DNA of 64,000 bases from Rothia sp. (in: high G+C Gram-positive bacteria) (GTDB lineage Bacteria; Actinomycetota; Actinomycetes; Actinomycetales; Micrococcaceae). The position numbers were made by a program, and so were the translations under genes. The stretch's first letter is position 1, and each line of letters starts with the position of its first letter. Shown piece after piece: positions 18,540 through 29,787 of this stretch. The notes beneath the pieces are model-generated. The model did no database searches. It was not told the origin of the DNA and was given only the letters and a program-made list of their open reading frames with translations. The stretch is taken from positions 64,128-128,127 of the forward strand of contig JAUNHE010000008.1 in the NCBI GenBank assembly GCA_030524105.1, written 5' to 3'.

Positions 18540-20042
18540 CTACTTCTTGGCCCTGCCCTGCCTTATTTTACTGCGCAGGGTGACTAAGAGGGTTAGGGCA
18601 AGTAGAGCGTAGATAGTGATGACAATTGGTCCCTGAAACAGGATAGCCGGGTCTCCCTTAGAGGCAATCAGTCCATCACGGAGATTGGTTTCGGCCAGAG
18701 GCCCCAAGACCATACCGATAATAAGGGGAGCCAAAGGGTAGTCGCTGAGACGCATCAGAAAACCCAGGCAACCTATCAGCAGCACCAAAAGCAGGTCAAA
18801 GGTTGAATTGGAGGTTGCGTAGATGCCTAAGGCGCAGAAAACCGTAATGCCGGCATAGAGGTAGGCAGAGGGAATAAGAAGCAGCTTAGCCCAGAGGGTC
18901 GCAAAGGGAAGATTAATAAGCAGCAGGACAACCATAGCCACAAAAAAGCTGGCCAGCAAGGCCCACACTAAATCTGCGGAGCGCTCAAACAAGAGCGGCC
19001 CGGGCTGGAGACCGTACTGTTTGAAGGCCGCCAGCATAATAGCTGAGGTGGCAGAAATGGGCAGACCTAAGGCCAGTAAGGCTCCCATAGACATGCCGGT
19101 GGTGGCGTTCCCGGCGGCCTCGGGTGCTGCTAAGCCCCGTATGGCACCTTGGCCAAATTGGGGTTGCTGCCGGCGTCGATCCAGTTTCCGCTCCAGGCCA
19201 TAGGCTAAAAAGGTGGGGATGTCGGCACCACCGGCGGGGATTACCCCGAAGGGCAGGCCAATGGCCGTGCCCCGTAGCCAGGCTGGAGACGCTTCTTTAA
19301 ATTCTGCTGCAGAAAGATAGCTGCCCTTTTTGGGCCGAATCATACGAGCTCCTCCCAAACCGGAACCCCGGTAAACCTGATAAAAGACTTCACCCAAGGC
19401 CAGTACCGCAACGGTGACGGTTACCAGGGAGATGCCGTCAAAAAGTTCGGCAGATCCAGCCGTAAAACGGGGTATGCCGGTTACACCGTCAATACCGACA
19501 ACAGCAAGCCCCAACCCGAGCAGGAGGGAGAGCAAGCCCTTAATGGCCGAGTCTGTTACGACGGAAGAGGTGGCAACAAAAGCAAAAATTGCTAAGGCAA
19601 AAAACTCTGCCGGTCCAAACTGACTACTTAAATCGGCAAGCAGAGGGGCTAAAAAGACCACCAGAACAGAAGAAATAAAACCGCCAATAAAGGCACCGAT
19701 AGCCGCAATTGCCAGGGCTTGGGCAGCCCGACCATTTTTAGCCATAGCGTGCCCCTCAAAGGTTGAGGCAATGGCAGAGGCCTGCCCGGGAGTATTCATT
19801 AAAATACCCATGGTGGAGTCGCCAAAAAGACCGCCAAAATAGACACCGGCAAACATAATAAAGGCGGCAGTTGGTTCTAAGGCAAAGGTGACTGGCAGCA
19901 GTAGGGCAACGGCCATGGAAGAGCCTAGTCCGGGCAGAACACCCACGGCAGTGCCCAAAAAACAGCCGGCAAAAACCCAAAGCAGGTTTTCTAAGGTCAG
20001 GGCGTGGCTAAAACCTTGAGCTAGCAGGGCTAAAGAATCCAT
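18540..20042 (-). CDS. tctA: Tripartite tricarboxylate transporter permease TctA
   Basis: ~500-aa polytopic TctA-family protein. It lies in a tctC-tctB-tctA operon with 4-nt and 1-nt junctions. Confidence 0.8.
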   Translation of the reverse strand: MDSLALLAQGFSHALTLENLLWVFAGCFLGTAVGVLPGLGSSMAVALLLPVTFALEPTAAFIMFAGVYFGGLFGDSTMGILMNTPGQASAIASTFEGHAMAKNGRAAQALAIAAIGAFIGGFISSVLVVFLAPLLADLSSQFGPAEFFALAIFAFVATSSVVTDSAIKGLLSLLLGLGLAVVGIDGVTGIPRFTAGSAELFDGISLVTVTVAVLALGEVFYQVYRGSGLGGARMIRPKKGSYLSAAEFKEASPAWLRGTAIGLPFGVIPAGGADIPTFLAYGLERKLDRRRQQPQFGQGAIRGLAAPEAAGNATTGMSMGALLALGLPISATSAIMLAAFKQYGLQPGPLLFERSADLVWALLASFFVAMVVLLLINLPFATLWAKLLLIPSAYLYAGITVFCALGIYATSNSTFDLLLVLLIGCLGFLMRLSDYPLAPLIIGMVLGPLAETNLRDGLIASKGDPAILFQGPIVITIYALLALTLLVTLRSKIRQGRAKK

Positions 20043-20588
20043 TTAGAGAAGACCTCCCAGAAAACCGTTAGGAAGTACCAGCCCAAGGCCTAAGCCAAAA
20101 ATAAGATAGGTCAGCGAGCTGAGGGTCAGGCCCGTAAGGAGGGCCCGCAGGTAGCTTTTGGCAGAAAAGCCAATAGCCACCGCCCAAAAAAGTAGTCCAG
20201 CAGCTAGAATCCAACCCAAAAAATTTAAGGTCAGAATAAAAAAGATAAAGCCAGCTATACACCAGCTAAGGCCCCGGAGGGAACTATCCTGGTGGGCTTT
20301 GGCTGCTTGCCCGGCTGGCTTTTCTGGTTCAGCAGGCGCTATTCGGCACCTTCGCAAACTTGCTACTATGTCCAAGCCCGCCAGCAGAAAGAGGCCGGCT
20401 GTGATCAGGGCAGGGAAAAAGCGTGGCCCCGGAAAATCTACGGAAGCCGGAACGTCCATGAGCAGCATAGAAGCCAGCAGGTAGCCGGCAAAAGCCAGCA
20501 GCAGAAGGGGAAGCGTCAATGTTTTAATGAAGGCTAAAGATGACCGCTGCTTGAGCGGAGCGGGGGCAGAAGGCAGGCTGGTACTCAC
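20043..20588 (-). CDS. tctB: Tripartite tricarboxylate transporter small subunit TctB
   Basis: Small 4-TM protein between tctC and tctA; the start overlaps the tctC stop. Confidence 0.65.
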   Translation of the reverse strand: MSTSLPSAPAPLKQRSSLAFIKTLTLPLLLLAFAGYLLASMLLMDVPASVDFPGPRFFPALITAGLFLLAGLDIVASLRRCRIAPAEPEKPAGQAAKAHQDSSLRGLSWCIAGFIFFILTLNFLGWILAAGLLFWAVAIGFSAKSYLRALLTGLTLSSLTYLIFGLGLGLVLPNGFLGGLL

Positions 20589-21661
20589 AGGCCCATCTCC
20601 TGGTATAGGTTTCTAATGGTCGCAGTTTCTTGATCTAAAAACTTTTCTAGCTCTTGGCCCATGATCAGGTTCTCGTTCCAATGGTAGTTCTGCACCGCCT
20701 TCTTCCATTCGGCAGTGGCTACGGTTTCTGTAATGATGGACTCCAGCTCTTCTTTCTCCTGCTGGCTAATACCTCCGGGCGCCAGCAAGATACGCCAGTT
20801 GGCTAAGGTAACCTGGTAACCCTGTTCTACGGTGGTGGGAATATCCACTCCCGGAATAGGGTTTTGGGCTACTAAAGCCAGTGGACGCAGCTTGCCCGCC
20901 TGGATTTGATCAATGGTGTCTCCATAGCCGCTAGCAGAAACATCGGCGGTTCCGTTGAGCAGGGCCTGGGTAGCTTCACCGCCTCCATCGGAGTTGACGT
21001 AGACCATGTCCTGGGGCGAAAGGTTGGCAGAAACAGCAAGGTTACTGGCAACAAGCCGGTCAAAAGAGCCGCCACCGGTCCAGACCAGGGCTGAGGGATT
21101 TTTGCTCCAGTCCTGCATCAGCTCTTTGAGATTGTGGTAGGGAGAATCTGCCGGAACCACAATAACGTCGTACTCTTCAACCGTGATGGCTAGGGCAGTG
21201 ACGTCCCGGTAGCTAGTGGCCGTATCGTACTGGATTGTGGCAGCTAGCTGCCCGGTTCCGCCTACCATCAGATTGTTGGCTTTTCCGGCTAGCATGTTCA
21301 GATTCTCTAAAGCAATGGTTCCCCCTGCGCCGGGGATATTAAGCACCTGGGTGTTATTGGTGATGCCCTGGGCCCGTTGGGCCTGTTGCATTTGCCGGGC
21401 AACGGTATCCCAGCCGCCGCCGGCAGCAGCCGGTGCAATGATGGTCAGCGCCGAGCGCAGGTTGTTCTCTTCCTGCGCTCCCGAGGCAGAAATAAGAAGA
21501 GCGCTGCCAATAACCAGGGCTGAAAAAATTCCAGCAAGGATGTGCAGTAGTCGAGACTGCGGTTTGCTGATGTGAATGCCCTGGGTGTAGGGAGAGGTTG
21601 TCTCCACGGGGCTGGGTTGGCTTTGCAAGGACTCCACTCCAAAATGTGTGTGACAAGTCAT
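20585..21661 (-). CDS. tctC: Tripartite tricarboxylate transporter substrate-binding protein TctC (Bug family)
   Basis: N-terminal signal/anchor, then the Bug-family fold (IIAPAAAGGGWDTVARQMQQ...NIPGAGGTIALENL). Confidence 0.75.
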   Translation of the reverse strand: MTCHTHFGVESLQSQPSPVETTSPYTQGIHISKPQSRLLHILAGIFSALVIGSALLISASGAQEENNLRSALTIIAPAAAGGGWDTVARQMQQAQRAQGITNNTQVLNIPGAGGTIALENLNMLAGKANNLMVGGTGQLAATIQYDTATSYRDVTALAITVEEYDVIVVPADSPYHNLKELMQDWSKNPSALVWTGGGSFDRLVASNLAVSANLSPQDMVYVNSDGGGEATQALLNGTADVSASGYGDTIDQIQAGKLRPLALVAQNPIPGVDIPTTVEQGYQVTLANWRILLAPGGISQQEKEELESIITETVATAEWKKAVQNYHWNENLIMGQELEKFLDQETATIRNLYQEMGL

Positions 21662-21757
21662 AACAGTGTTTGACTCAGATTACAGTATTGGGAGCTTTAA
21701 GTCTTCTTAAGCAGCAAAAAAATGACCAGATTTTACGAAAGTGAGCCCTAGCGCCGC

Positions 21758-23095
21758 CTACAGTGCATACTGAATAGGAAGTTTTCCCTTGTGAATGGCT
21801 TCTTGCAGTCTGAGGTAATCCTGGGTGCAGATGCCTGCATAGGCGTGGGCCCAGCTGCCCATTAATTCGTCAAAAACTTTGTCGGCTTCGCAGTAGACGG
21901 CAATATCGTCAATATGTCTGGATTGGGCATGGGCTCGTGCCAGCAGTGAAGCACAGACCTTAGCCGTTTGTTTAAGACCATCCCTATCCAAGGCAGAGAG
22001 GTTGATGGAACCTTTCATATCCCTGAACTGGCGCAGATAGTAGTCGGCGCTGCCGCCCTGACCGGTAGGAACTCCCTCGATCCAGCCTAAAAAGGGATCC
22101 GATTGTGACTGCATGACTCGCTGACCCGCTACCACCCTGAAGCCGTTACCCATAGGGCGGTCGGGAAAGCCCAAAGATTCCGAGGTCTGCTCAATTTTTC
22201 CGTAGGTATGGATGACCGTATCCTGGGCTTCTTTAACTTGAATAAAGAGGGGGTTATGCAGCCGATCCTGCAGGAGGGTAATAAAGCAGCGGGTTCCCAC
22301 TGAGCCTACCCCCACTACCCTGAGGACGTGATCTTTGATGCTGAAGTTCTGGAGAAGGTAGCGGATGTCTGGCCGGGCCGTATAAAGATACTGCTGCCAG
22401 AGTTCCTTCATGGCCGCTGCACTCATTTCATGGCTGTGCATTGTTAAGGGGGGCTGCTCAACAATGCGGGTTCTGCCCGCCTGATCGGTGACCGTTAGCT
22501 TGCGTAGGGCCTGCTGGGAATTGCGGGTTCGGGCCTTTTGCTCAAATTTATTAAAGAGGGGCTGGTATTCGGCCTTAACCAGCTCTTCGAAGGTGTCGGT
22601 GTTAACCCTGCTGTAGTAGCGATCTAGGGCGCTTTGCTCATTCATGCGCAGGATGGTTCGCCGGTAGTATTTTGAGGTTTTTTCTGCCAAGACCGTTGCG
22701 GTAGCCTCAGACTCACCGTTGTCCGTTGCTGCCAGATAGACAGAAGCTGCCAGGCGTTTTAGATCCCACTCCCAGGGGCCGCGGCCGGCCTCATCAAAGT
22801 CATTAAGATCAAAGAGCAGGTTACGTTCAGGGGAAGCAAAATAACCAAAGTTTCCAATGTGGGCGTCTCCGCAGATGATGGGTTTGACACCGGAATGTGG
22901 CCTGGTTGCCAGGTCTGCTGCCATGGGCCCGGCGGTACCGCGATAGTAGGTGAAAGGGGATTCAGACATACGTCCAATGCGTACCGGTACTAACTCGGTA
23001 AGTCTGGATTTGTTCTGCTCAATGATGATGTCTAAGGGGTCGGTATCTCGCGCCGGCGGAGCGGTGAGAGCTTCGAGATCAGAACGGGGAATCAT
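21758..23095 (-). CDS. DUF2252-family protein
   Basis: ESPFTYYRGTAGPMAADLA...IICGDAHIGNFGYFASPERNLLFDLNDFDE matches the conserved DUF2252 N-terminal region. Confidence 0.55.
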   Translation of the reverse strand: MIPRSDLEALTAPPARDTDPLDIIIEQNKSRLTELVPVRIGRMSESPFTYYRGTAGPMAADLATRPHSGVKPIICGDAHIGNFGYFASPERNLLFDLNDFDEAGRGPWEWDLKRLAASVYLAATDNGESEATATVLAEKTSKYYRRTILRMNEQSALDRYYSRVNTDTFEELVKAEYQPLFNKFEQKARTRNSQQALRKLTVTDQAGRTRIVEQPPLTMHSHEMSAAAMKELWQQYLYTARPDIRYLLQNFSIKDHVLRVVGVGSVGTRCFITLLQDRLHNPLFIQVKEAQDTVIHTYGKIEQTSESLGFPDRPMGNGFRVVAGQRVMQSQSDPFLGWIEGVPTGQGGSADYYLRQFRDMKGSINLSALDRDGLKQTAKVCASLLARAHAQSRHIDDIAVYCEADKVFDELMGSWAHAYAGICTQDYLRLQEAIHKGKLPIQYAL

Positions 23096-23263
23096 GGGTA
23101 AGAAAAACCTTTAGTGTATGCTTAGGGTGCTCATCTCAAGTATAGAGTGGGCTTTTTACAGATGAGAGAATGGTTCATTTGTGATTTTGGCATGTTACGG
23201 CCTGCTCCAGTTAGAATTGCAGCGTAGCTCTGACCATATTTCCCCACGGTAAAGGCTGATTGA

Positions 23264-23884
23264 GTGGCTAAACTTTATTTTCGTTACGGTGCCATGAACT
23301 CCGGTAAGTCAACTGCTTTGCTGCAGGCTGCCTATAACTATGAGGAACGGGGGCAGCGGGTACTGCTAGCTAAGCCCCGGGTTGATACAAAAGGTGACCG
23401 CAGCGTGATCTCGCGTTTGGGAGTTACTCGGCAGGTTGATTTTTTGATTGCTGCTCATGATTCGGTGCGTCAGCTGTTTAGAGCTGCTAGTCAGCAGGGC
23501 GAGGAGGGATCCGGGCACGGTCATCTACCGGTTTCTTGCCTGCTGATTGACGAAGCTCAGTTTCTTTCTGCTGAGCAGGTAGACGATCTGATGCGTATTG
23601 CCATTTTGGACGGGGTGCCCGTCTTAACCTACGGTATCCGCACGGATTTTCAAACCCACGCTTTTGCCGGTTCTGCCCGGCTTCTGGAAATTGCCCACAG
23701 CATTGAGGAGCTAAAAACGATTTGCCGTTGCGGAAAGAAGGCTCTTTTTAACCCTAGGCTCCTTGACGGTGCTTTTGTATTTTCTGGTTCTCAGGTGGCC
23801 ATTGACGGGAGCGAGGTTAGTTATGAATCTCTGTGTGCTGCCTGTTATTTGGCAGAGTCCGGGGGAACGCTGGGTAGTTTTTAA
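23264..23884 (+). CDS. tdk: Thymidine kinase
   Basis: P-loop GAMNSGKSTALLQ and C-terminal Zn-binding CxxC...CxxC (CRCGKKA...CAACY). Confidence 0.9.
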   Translation: MAKLYFRYGAMNSGKSTALLQAAYNYEERGQRVLLAKPRVDTKGDRSVISRLGVTRQVDFLIAAHDSVRQLFRAASQQGEEGSGHGHLPVSCLLIDEAQFLSAEQVDDLMRIAILDGVPVLTYGIRTDFQTHAFAGSARLLEIAHSIEELKTICRCGKKALFNPRLLDGAFVFSGSQVAIDGSEVSYESLCAACYLAESGGTLGSF

Positions 23885-23967
23885 AGAGAAGCTGGCCCCG
23901 AGAGCACTTATCGGAGCCAGCAGCTAGAGGGAGATAGCTTAGTTCTACTAGGAGTTAGTGCTTTTAT

Positions 23968-24477
23968 TTATGCAAGGCACTTTTTTGCAACATCTTTGAA
24001 GCCTAGAACGCCACCAATAAATTTGGCTGCTTCAGCACCAATTTCTTTGATAGCCTTGCCACTCTTGATAGCGTTCCAGATTTCCTTGACGCTGCCCCAG
24101 ATTTCCTTGGCCTTACGCAGCCAGCCGAGGATCTTGATCAGCGGGTGCTTAAACTCTTTGACCAGGCCGATGAGGGCAATACCGCAACCGATAAAATCGA
24201 AAGATGCGTTAACGCCGCGGGGAGCTGAAGTAATCGTGGTTGTATTACCCAGATACTTTGCGATTTCAGCCTGATAGTTGGGGTAGGATTTAGGATCAGC
24301 ATTTTTTAGGCGTGCCGGAACTGAATCAAGTTTTTTGATAATGAGGCTGTACTGCTGCTCAGCAGACATTTTGGACTGAGGTACCTGCAGTGCAGTTGCC
24401 GGTGTTGCAGTAAGGGCAGTAAATGCCAGTAGCGATGCTGATGCACCTGCACAGGTTAAAACGGAACGGCGATCCAT
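23968..24477 (-). CDS. Tat-signal secreted protein with cationic, Trp/Lys-rich amphipathic C-terminal region (bacteriocin-like); low GC
   Basis: MDRRSVLTCAGASASLLAFTALTATPATA|LQ has a twin-arginine signal and AxA site. The C-terminal 65 aa GWLRKAKEIWGSVKEIWNAIKSGKAIKEIGAEAAKFIGGVLGFKDVAKKCLA resemble leaderless class II bacteriocins. GC is clearly below the neighbours. Confidence 0.45.
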   Translation of the reverse strand: MDRRSVLTCAGASASLLAFTALTATPATALQVPQSKMSAEQQYSLIIKKLDSVPARLKNADPKSYPNYQAEIAKYLGNTTTITSAPRGVNASFDFIGCGIALIGLVKEFKHPLIKILGWLRKAKEIWGSVKEIWNAIKSGKAIKEIGAEAAKFIGGVLGFKDVAKKCLA

Positions 24478-24894
24478 AGGACAGCAACCCCTTCTTCCTT
24501 GAAGACTTATTTTTCTTTTGAGGTCTTTGCGACCCGTTCAGTAATTTAGCAATTGGCAGAAAGCCCTACAAGGTAATTTTTTACCTAAATATTTAAGCTA
24601 CTAGCCAGCTTAGTATTAATATTTTTTTGTAATATTTTGTAGTGAATATTCTGTGCAGAAAAACGTCAAATACCGGGCTGGATGACGGTTTTCTTTGCTA
24701 AAAGAAAATAAATAAGTACTGTTCTGTAGGTATTTAGTAGGAAACCTCGGCTGATCTGCCGGATCATGCAATTGCCTACCGGAGCTAGGGGTCTTTTCTT
24801 GGTGGGACTAGGAAAGTGATTCCCGGCTTAGTTAACTGTCGTTAAATTTAAACTTTTTTTAAAATTCTTTTTAATTTAATGTGATTAATCAAGT

Positions 24895-24942
24895 AAAAAG
24901 AAATACCCGGATCGTGAAAACCTAGGTTCACACGATCCGGGT
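24895..24942 (-). terminator. Intrinsic terminator of icd
   Basis: A 12-bp inverted repeat acccggatcgtg...cacgatccgggt; on the minus strand it is followed by a T-rich run (atttcttttt). Confidence 0.6.
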
Positions 24943-24956
24943 CAAAAGACTTGCTT

Positions 24957-27173
24957 CTAGAGAGCGTCAATAATGCTATTAAAAGCTGCGCTAGGGCGCA
25001 TGACCTTGCTAGCTAGCTCAGGGTCTGGCCTGTAGTAACCGCCCAGATCGACGGCAGAACCCTGCACGGCAAGTAACTGCTCAAGAATAGTCTGCTCCTG
25101 CTGGTCCATAGCAGCAGCTACCGGGGCAAACTTCTGGGCCAGGGCTGGATCAAGCTCCTGGGTAGCTAGCTCTTGGGCCCAGTACTTTGCCAGGTAGAAA
25201 TGAGAACCCCTGTTATCCAGTTCGCCCACCTTACGGGAGGGAGACTTATTTTCATTGAGAAAGCGACCGGTTGCAGCATCCAAGGTATCCGCTAGCACCT
25301 GGGCAGCCCGATTCTGCTCAGTCTTGGCTAAGTGCTCAAAAGAGGCGGCTAAAGCCAAGAACTCACCCAGCGAATCCCAGCGTAGGTGGTTTTCTTGCAC
25401 AAGCTGCTGCACATGCTTAGGGGCAGAACCCCCGGCACCGGTCTCAAAAAGCCCTCCACCGTTAATAAGCGGAACAATCGAGAGCATCTTGGCGGAGGTC
25501 CCCAACTCCAGGATAGGAAAGAGGTCTGTTAGGTAGTCCCTCAGCACATTGCCGGTTACAGAAATCGTATCCTGGCCTTGCCTAATGCGATCAATAGAGA
25601 ACTGCGTTGCCTCTACCGGGCTCATAATACGAAGATCAAGGCCTTCAGTGTCGTGCTCAGGCAAATATTGTTCTACTTTGGCAATAAGGTTGCGGTCATG
25701 GGCTCGGTTTTTATCCAACCAAAAAACAGCTGGGCTCCCAGACTCACGAGCCCTGCTGACGGCCAGCTTGATCCAGTCCCGTACCGGAATATCCTTGGTT
25801 TGGCAGGCCCGCCAAATATCTCCGGCTTCAACCTTGTGTTCTAGCAGAACCTGGCCGCTAGAAGAAAGAACCTGCACCAGGCCGGGGCTGGCAATTTCAA
25901 AGGTCTTATCGTGGGAACCGTACTCTTCGGCTTTTTGCGCCATCAGTCCCACGTTAGGGACGCTACCCATACTGGTGGGGTCAAAGGCACCATTCTTTTT
26001 ACAGTCTTCAATAACAACCTGGTAGACCCCGGCATAGGAGGAGTCGGGTAGAACAGCCAGGGTATCCTCCTGGGCATCGTCCTTATTCCACATGTGCCCG
26101 GAGTTGCGAATCATAGCCGGCATGGAGGCATCAACAATAACGTCAGAAGGCACGTGCAGATTGCTAATGCCCTTGGCCGAGTTGACCATGGCCAAGGCCG
26201 GTCCTTGCTCAAAGCCTCGAGCGATTTCCTGCCGGATGGCTTCCTGGACTTCTGCCGGGAACTCCTCAATTCCTGCCAGGATAGCGCCCAGGCCATTGTT
26301 GCCGTTAAGGCCGGCTTCCTGTAGTTGCTGACCGTACTTTTCAAACAGTGCCGGAAAGAAGGCGCGAACAACATGCCCAAAAATAATGGGATCCGAGACC
26401 TTCATCATGGTTGCCTTTAAGTGCACTGAAAAGAGAAGGTTTTCTTCTTTGGCAGCGGCCACCTGCTCAGCTAAGAAACGATCCAGAGCCGCCACCTTCA
26501 GGTAGGTTGCGTCAACAATTTCTCCGGCAAGCACCGGCAGGGAATCCTTAAGGACAGTGACCTTGCCTTCAGTATCAAGATGCTGAATTGTTAGGACGTC
26601 ATCAGCCTCCATAATGATTGACTTCTCATTGCTGCAAAAGTCGTCCTGACCCATGGTGGCAACCCGCGTCTTGGAGTCGGGGCTCCAGCTGCCCATGCTA
26701 TGCGGGTTGTGCCGGGCATAATTTTTAACGGATTGGGGGGCGCGCCGGTCTGAGTTTCCCTCGCGCAGGACGGGATTAACCGCTGACCCCTTGACCCGGT
26801 CGTAGCGGGCACGTATTTCTGCCTGTTTGCTGTCGCTTACTTCTTCTGGGTAATCCGGGATAGCGTAGCCGGCCTCTTGGAGTTCGGCAATAGCGGCCAG
26901 TAGCTGCGGGACGGAGGCAGAAATATTGGGCAGTTTAATGATGTTTGCTTCTGGCTGCTTTGCCAGTTCACCTAGCTCAGTTAAGGCATCAGCCTCTTGC
27001 TGCTGATCGGTGAGGTAGTCGGGAAACTGGGCTAGGATACGCCCGGCCAGGGAAATATCCCGAGTTTCAAGCTCCACTCCAGCGCTGGCAGCAAAGGCCT
27101 GCACAATGGGTTTAAAGGAGTAGGTTGCCAGTAGAGGGGCTTCGTCGGTATGGGTATAGATAATCTTTGCCAT
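24957..27173 (-). CDS. icd: Monomeric NADP-dependent isocitrate dehydrogenase
   Basis: 738 aa. The [20 protein letters not shown]-terminus is typical of the monomeric IDH family found in Corynebacterium and Azotobacter. Confidence 0.9.
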   Translation of the reverse strand: MAKIIYTHTDEAPLLATYSFKPIVQAFAASAGVELETRDISLAGRILAQFPDYLTDQQQEADALTELGELAKQPEANIIKLPNISASVPQLLAAIAELQEAGYAIPDYPEEVSDSKQAEIRARYDRVKGSAVNPVLREGNSDRRAPQSVKNYARHNPHSMGSWSPDSKTRVATMGQDDFCSNEKSIIMEADDVLTIQHLDTEGKVTVLKDSLPVLAGEIVDATYLKVAALDRFLAEQVAAAKEENLLFSVHLKATMMKVSDPIIFGHVVRAFFPALFEKYGQQLQEAGLNGNNGLGAILAGIEEFPAEVQEAIRQEIARGFEQGPALAMVNSAKGISNLHVPSDVIVDASMPAMIRNSGHMWNKDDAQEDTLAVLPDSSYAGVYQVVIEDCKKNGAFDPTSMGSVPNVGLMAQKAEEYGSHDKTFEIASPGLVQVLSSSGQVLLEHKVEAGDIWRACQTKDIPVRDWIKLAVSRARESGSPAVFWLDKNRAHDRNLIAKVEQYLPEHDTEGLDLRIMSPVEATQFSIDRIRQGQDTISVTGNVLRDYLTDLFPILELGTSAKMLSIVPLINGGGLFETGAGGSAPKHVQQLVQENHLRWDSLGEFLALAASFEHLAKTEQNRAAQVLADTLDAATGRFLNENKSPSRKVGELDNRGSHFYLAKYWAQELATQELDPALAQKFAPVAAAMDQQEQTILEQLLAVQGSAVDLGGYYRPDPELASKVMRPSAAFNSIIDAL

Positions 27174-27298
27174 AGAACAGTACTCTCCCGAGTTGTTTCT
27201 GGATCAGTGTCCCCTATAGAATACCCTGATGTGCTGGTCAGCACAGAATACTGGCCCCTCTGTCAAGCTGAACTTCTGTAAATATGACAGGATGAGCG

Positions 27299-27757
27299 TC
27301 AGCTTTGCCCGTTACGGAAGCGCCGTAGCAGCGAGAGGGCCGGACCCAGATGGAGCAGTAACCAGGCCGGTGCCAGGTAGGCCAGCAGCATATAGAGGGT
27401 GCGAAAAAGGGAACTGACCTGGTCTTGCCCCGTTTCAACCACCCTGCCCATCCACAGGGTTAAGGCAAGAAGCCCTAGGCTGCTGCCACAACAATAGAGC
27501 ATGCCCCAGTAGAATTCACTGCGGCTAGCCTGCCCTTTAGTCAGCCAGTACTGGCCGTAGAGTCGGCCAATAGCCTGCGGAGCAGAAGCACCGGGTAGAG
27601 CCTGCGCGGCGGGCCTTTCTTCTGCTAAGAGTTCCGCTTCGTCGTCTAAAAAACCACCGGGGCGCAGGGCCTCGGGTGTGTCCTGACGGGGAGCTTCAAT
27701 GGGGCTTGGGCTGCTAAGGCCCGACGGGTCTAACTGCTTGTTTGGCCTGGATGACAT
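27299..27757 (-). CDS. DUF805-family small membrane protein
   Basis: The GQASRSEFYWGML motif plus 2-3 TM segments and a P/A-rich N-terminus. Confidence 0.4.
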   Translation of the reverse strand: MSSRPNKQLDPSGLSSPSPIEAPRQDTPEALRPGGFLDDEAELLAEERPAAQALPGASAPQAIGRLYGQYWLTKGQASRSEFYWGMLYCCGSSLGLLALTLWMGRVVETGQDQVSSLFRTLYMLLAYLAPAWLLLHLGPALSLLRRFRNGQS

Positions 27758-27803
27758 GCCCTTAACCTTACAGAAGTCCGCTGGGCGTGAGCTAGTGCCT
27801 TCG

Positions 27804-29489
27804 CTATGATGCTGGTTTACGCTGCTTTAGATAAAACTCAATCAGGGCTTTGGTGGAGCCGTCTTGACGCTCTAAGACCTGCCGGTCTCCGGCAACAGCC
27901 GGAGCAAGCTCTAAGGCTAGCTGCTTGCCTAATTCCACACCCCACTGGTCAAAGGAGTCAATGCCCCAGATAGCACCCTGGGTAAAAGTAATGTGTTCGT
28001 AGAGGGCAATGAGCTGGCCCAAAACAGCGGGAGTGAGCTGGGCTGCCATGATGGATGTGGTTGGTCGGTTACCGGTAAAAACTCGGGCAGGCACAATAGC
28101 CTCGGGAGTACCTTCGGCCCGAACCTGGGCTGCGCTCTTGCCAAAGGCTAGGGCTTTGGTTTGGGCAAAAAAGTTTGCCAAAAAGAGCTCGTGGACGTCC
28201 TGCTGGCCGTCGCGGCTAGGGTGGACGGGGTTTGCAAAGGCAATAAAATCTGCCGGGATAATTCTGGTTCCCTGGTGGATGAGCTGGTAAAAGGCATGCT
28301 GGCCGTTGGTGCCCGGTTCGCCCCAAAAGATCTCTCCGGTGTCGTAGGTAACCGCAGTGCCCTCTGCCGTAACTCCTTTACCGTTGGATTCCATGGTCAG
28401 TTGCTGCAAATAGGCTGGAAAGCGGTGCAGGTACTGGTCGTAGGGGAGCACTGCGTGCGTTTCTGCCCCTAAAAAGTTAACGTTCCAGATGTTAAGTAAG
28501 CCCATAAGAACGGGGAGGTTCTGCTCTAGGGCGCTTGTGCGAAAATGCTCGTCCATGGCGTGGAAGCCGGCCAAAAATTCTTCAAAAACTTTTGGTCCAA
28601 AGACCAGGGCTAGGCTAGTACCGATAGCGGAGTCTACCGAATAACGCCCACCAACCCAGTTCCAAAAGCCAAAGGCATTTTTGGGATCGATGCCAAAGTC
28701 GGCCACCTTATCTAAGGCTGTAGAGACGGCCACAAAGTGCTGGGCTACCGCTTGTGCCTCCTGCTGGCCGCCTAAGGCACCGGAGGTGGTCAGAGCCTCT
28801 AGCAGCCAGGCGCGGCATACTCTGGCGTTGGTGAGGGTTTCTAGGGTGGTAAAGGTCTTTGAAGCGACAATAAAAAGGGTTGTTTCCGGATCGAGATCCG
28901 AGACGGTTTCGGCAGCGTCGGTGGGGTCAATATTAGAGATAAAGCGAGCTTCAAGGCCAGCTTGTGCGTAAGGTTTCAGGGCCTCGTAGACCATAACCGG
29001 GCCCAGGTCTGAACCGCCAATACCGATGTTAACAACGGTTTTAATCTTTTTACCGCTGATTCCACGCCATTGGCCAGAGCGAACCCGGTTCGCAAAGTCG
29101 TAGATTTTATCCAGCACTTGCTGCACATCCTGATCCACCTGCTGGCCGTCTACAACCAGGGCAGGGCTGCTATTTTTGGGCCGACGCAGGGCTGTGTGCA
29201 GGACAGCCCGATCTTCGGTGACGTTGATGTGCTCGCCGGCAAACATGGCCTGCCGGCGTTCTGTAAGGCCAACTTCTTGCGCTAGCTTAAGCAGGGCGGC
29301 CAGGATATCCTCGGTGATTAAGTTTTTGGATAAATCTGCCACAAGGTCTGCGGCGGAAAAAGTTAACTTTTGGGCACGCTGGGGGTCATCCTTAAACCAG
29401 CCGGCCAGATCGGGCTGGAAGCTATCCTTGAGTGCTGCTAATTCTTGCCAGGCTGCTGTTGTGGTGGGATCTGTTATTTTTTGACTCAT
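27804..29489 (-). CDS. pgi: Glucose-6-phosphate isomerase
   Basis: ~560 aa. PGI motifs [18 protein letters not shown] and sugar-isomerase signature regions. Confidence 0.9.
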   Translation of the reverse strand: MSQKITDPTTTAAWQELAALKDSFQPDLAGWFKDDPQRAQKLTFSAADLVADLSKNLITEDILAALLKLAQEVGLTERRQAMFAGEHINVTEDRAVLHTALRRPKNSSPALVVDGQQVDQDVQQVLDKIYDFANRVRSGQWRGISGKKIKTVVNIGIGGSDLGPVMVYEALKPYAQAGLEARFISNIDPTDAAETVSDLDPETTLFIVASKTFTTLETLTNARVCRAWLLEALTTSGALGGQQEAQAVAQHFVAVSTALDKVADFGIDPKNAFGFWNWVGGRYSVDSAIGTSLALVFGPKVFEEFLAGFHAMDEHFRTSALEQNLPVLMGLLNIWNVNFLGAETHAVLPYDQYLHRFPAYLQQLTMESNGKGVTAEGTAVTYDTGEIFWGEPGTNGQHAFYQLIHQGTRIIPADFIAFANPVHPSRDGQQDVHELFLANFFAQTKALAFGKSAAQVRAEGTPEAIVPARVFTGNRPTTSIMAAQLTPAVLGQLIALYEHITFTQGAIWGIDSFDQWGVELGKQLALELAPAVAGDRQVLERQDGSTKALIEFYLKQRKPAS

Positions 29490-29640
29490 AGCTCTTATTC
29501 TCCCCTTGCTGGCTGGTCAACACCAGTGCCTAGGACAAGAAGCTGGCTTTAGTGGCAGCCGACACAGTTCCTGCCGGCTCCTGCTGCCGGGTCGCATCGG
29601 CAACCTAGTCATAAAGTTGAGCATTTTATCTTTAATAAAC

Positions 29641-29658
29641 TAGTTTGTCTAGACACTA
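29641..29658. promoter_or_regulatory. Imperfect 18-bp palindrome in the pgi / BCCT-transporter divergent region
   Basis: TAGTTTGTC|TAGACACTA: centre GTCTAGAC is perfect, arms match 8/9. Confidence 0.3.
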
Positions 29659-29787
29659 TCTGATGATTTCTGCTAAGCAATCTTAGCGTCAATAGGCTAG
29701 AATAAGCCTGTGAATCGTTCAACACGAGCGCGTTAGATAAACACACATTCGGCAGTCGAAACTTAAAAGGTCTAGATATTTAGGTAT

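Noticed and set aside
23885-23967. Hairpin gctggccccgagagcacttatcggagccagc between convergent tdk and the Tat-protein gene as a bidirectional terminator
   Set aside because: The stem is imperfect and no U-tract follows on either strand. It is too weak to call.
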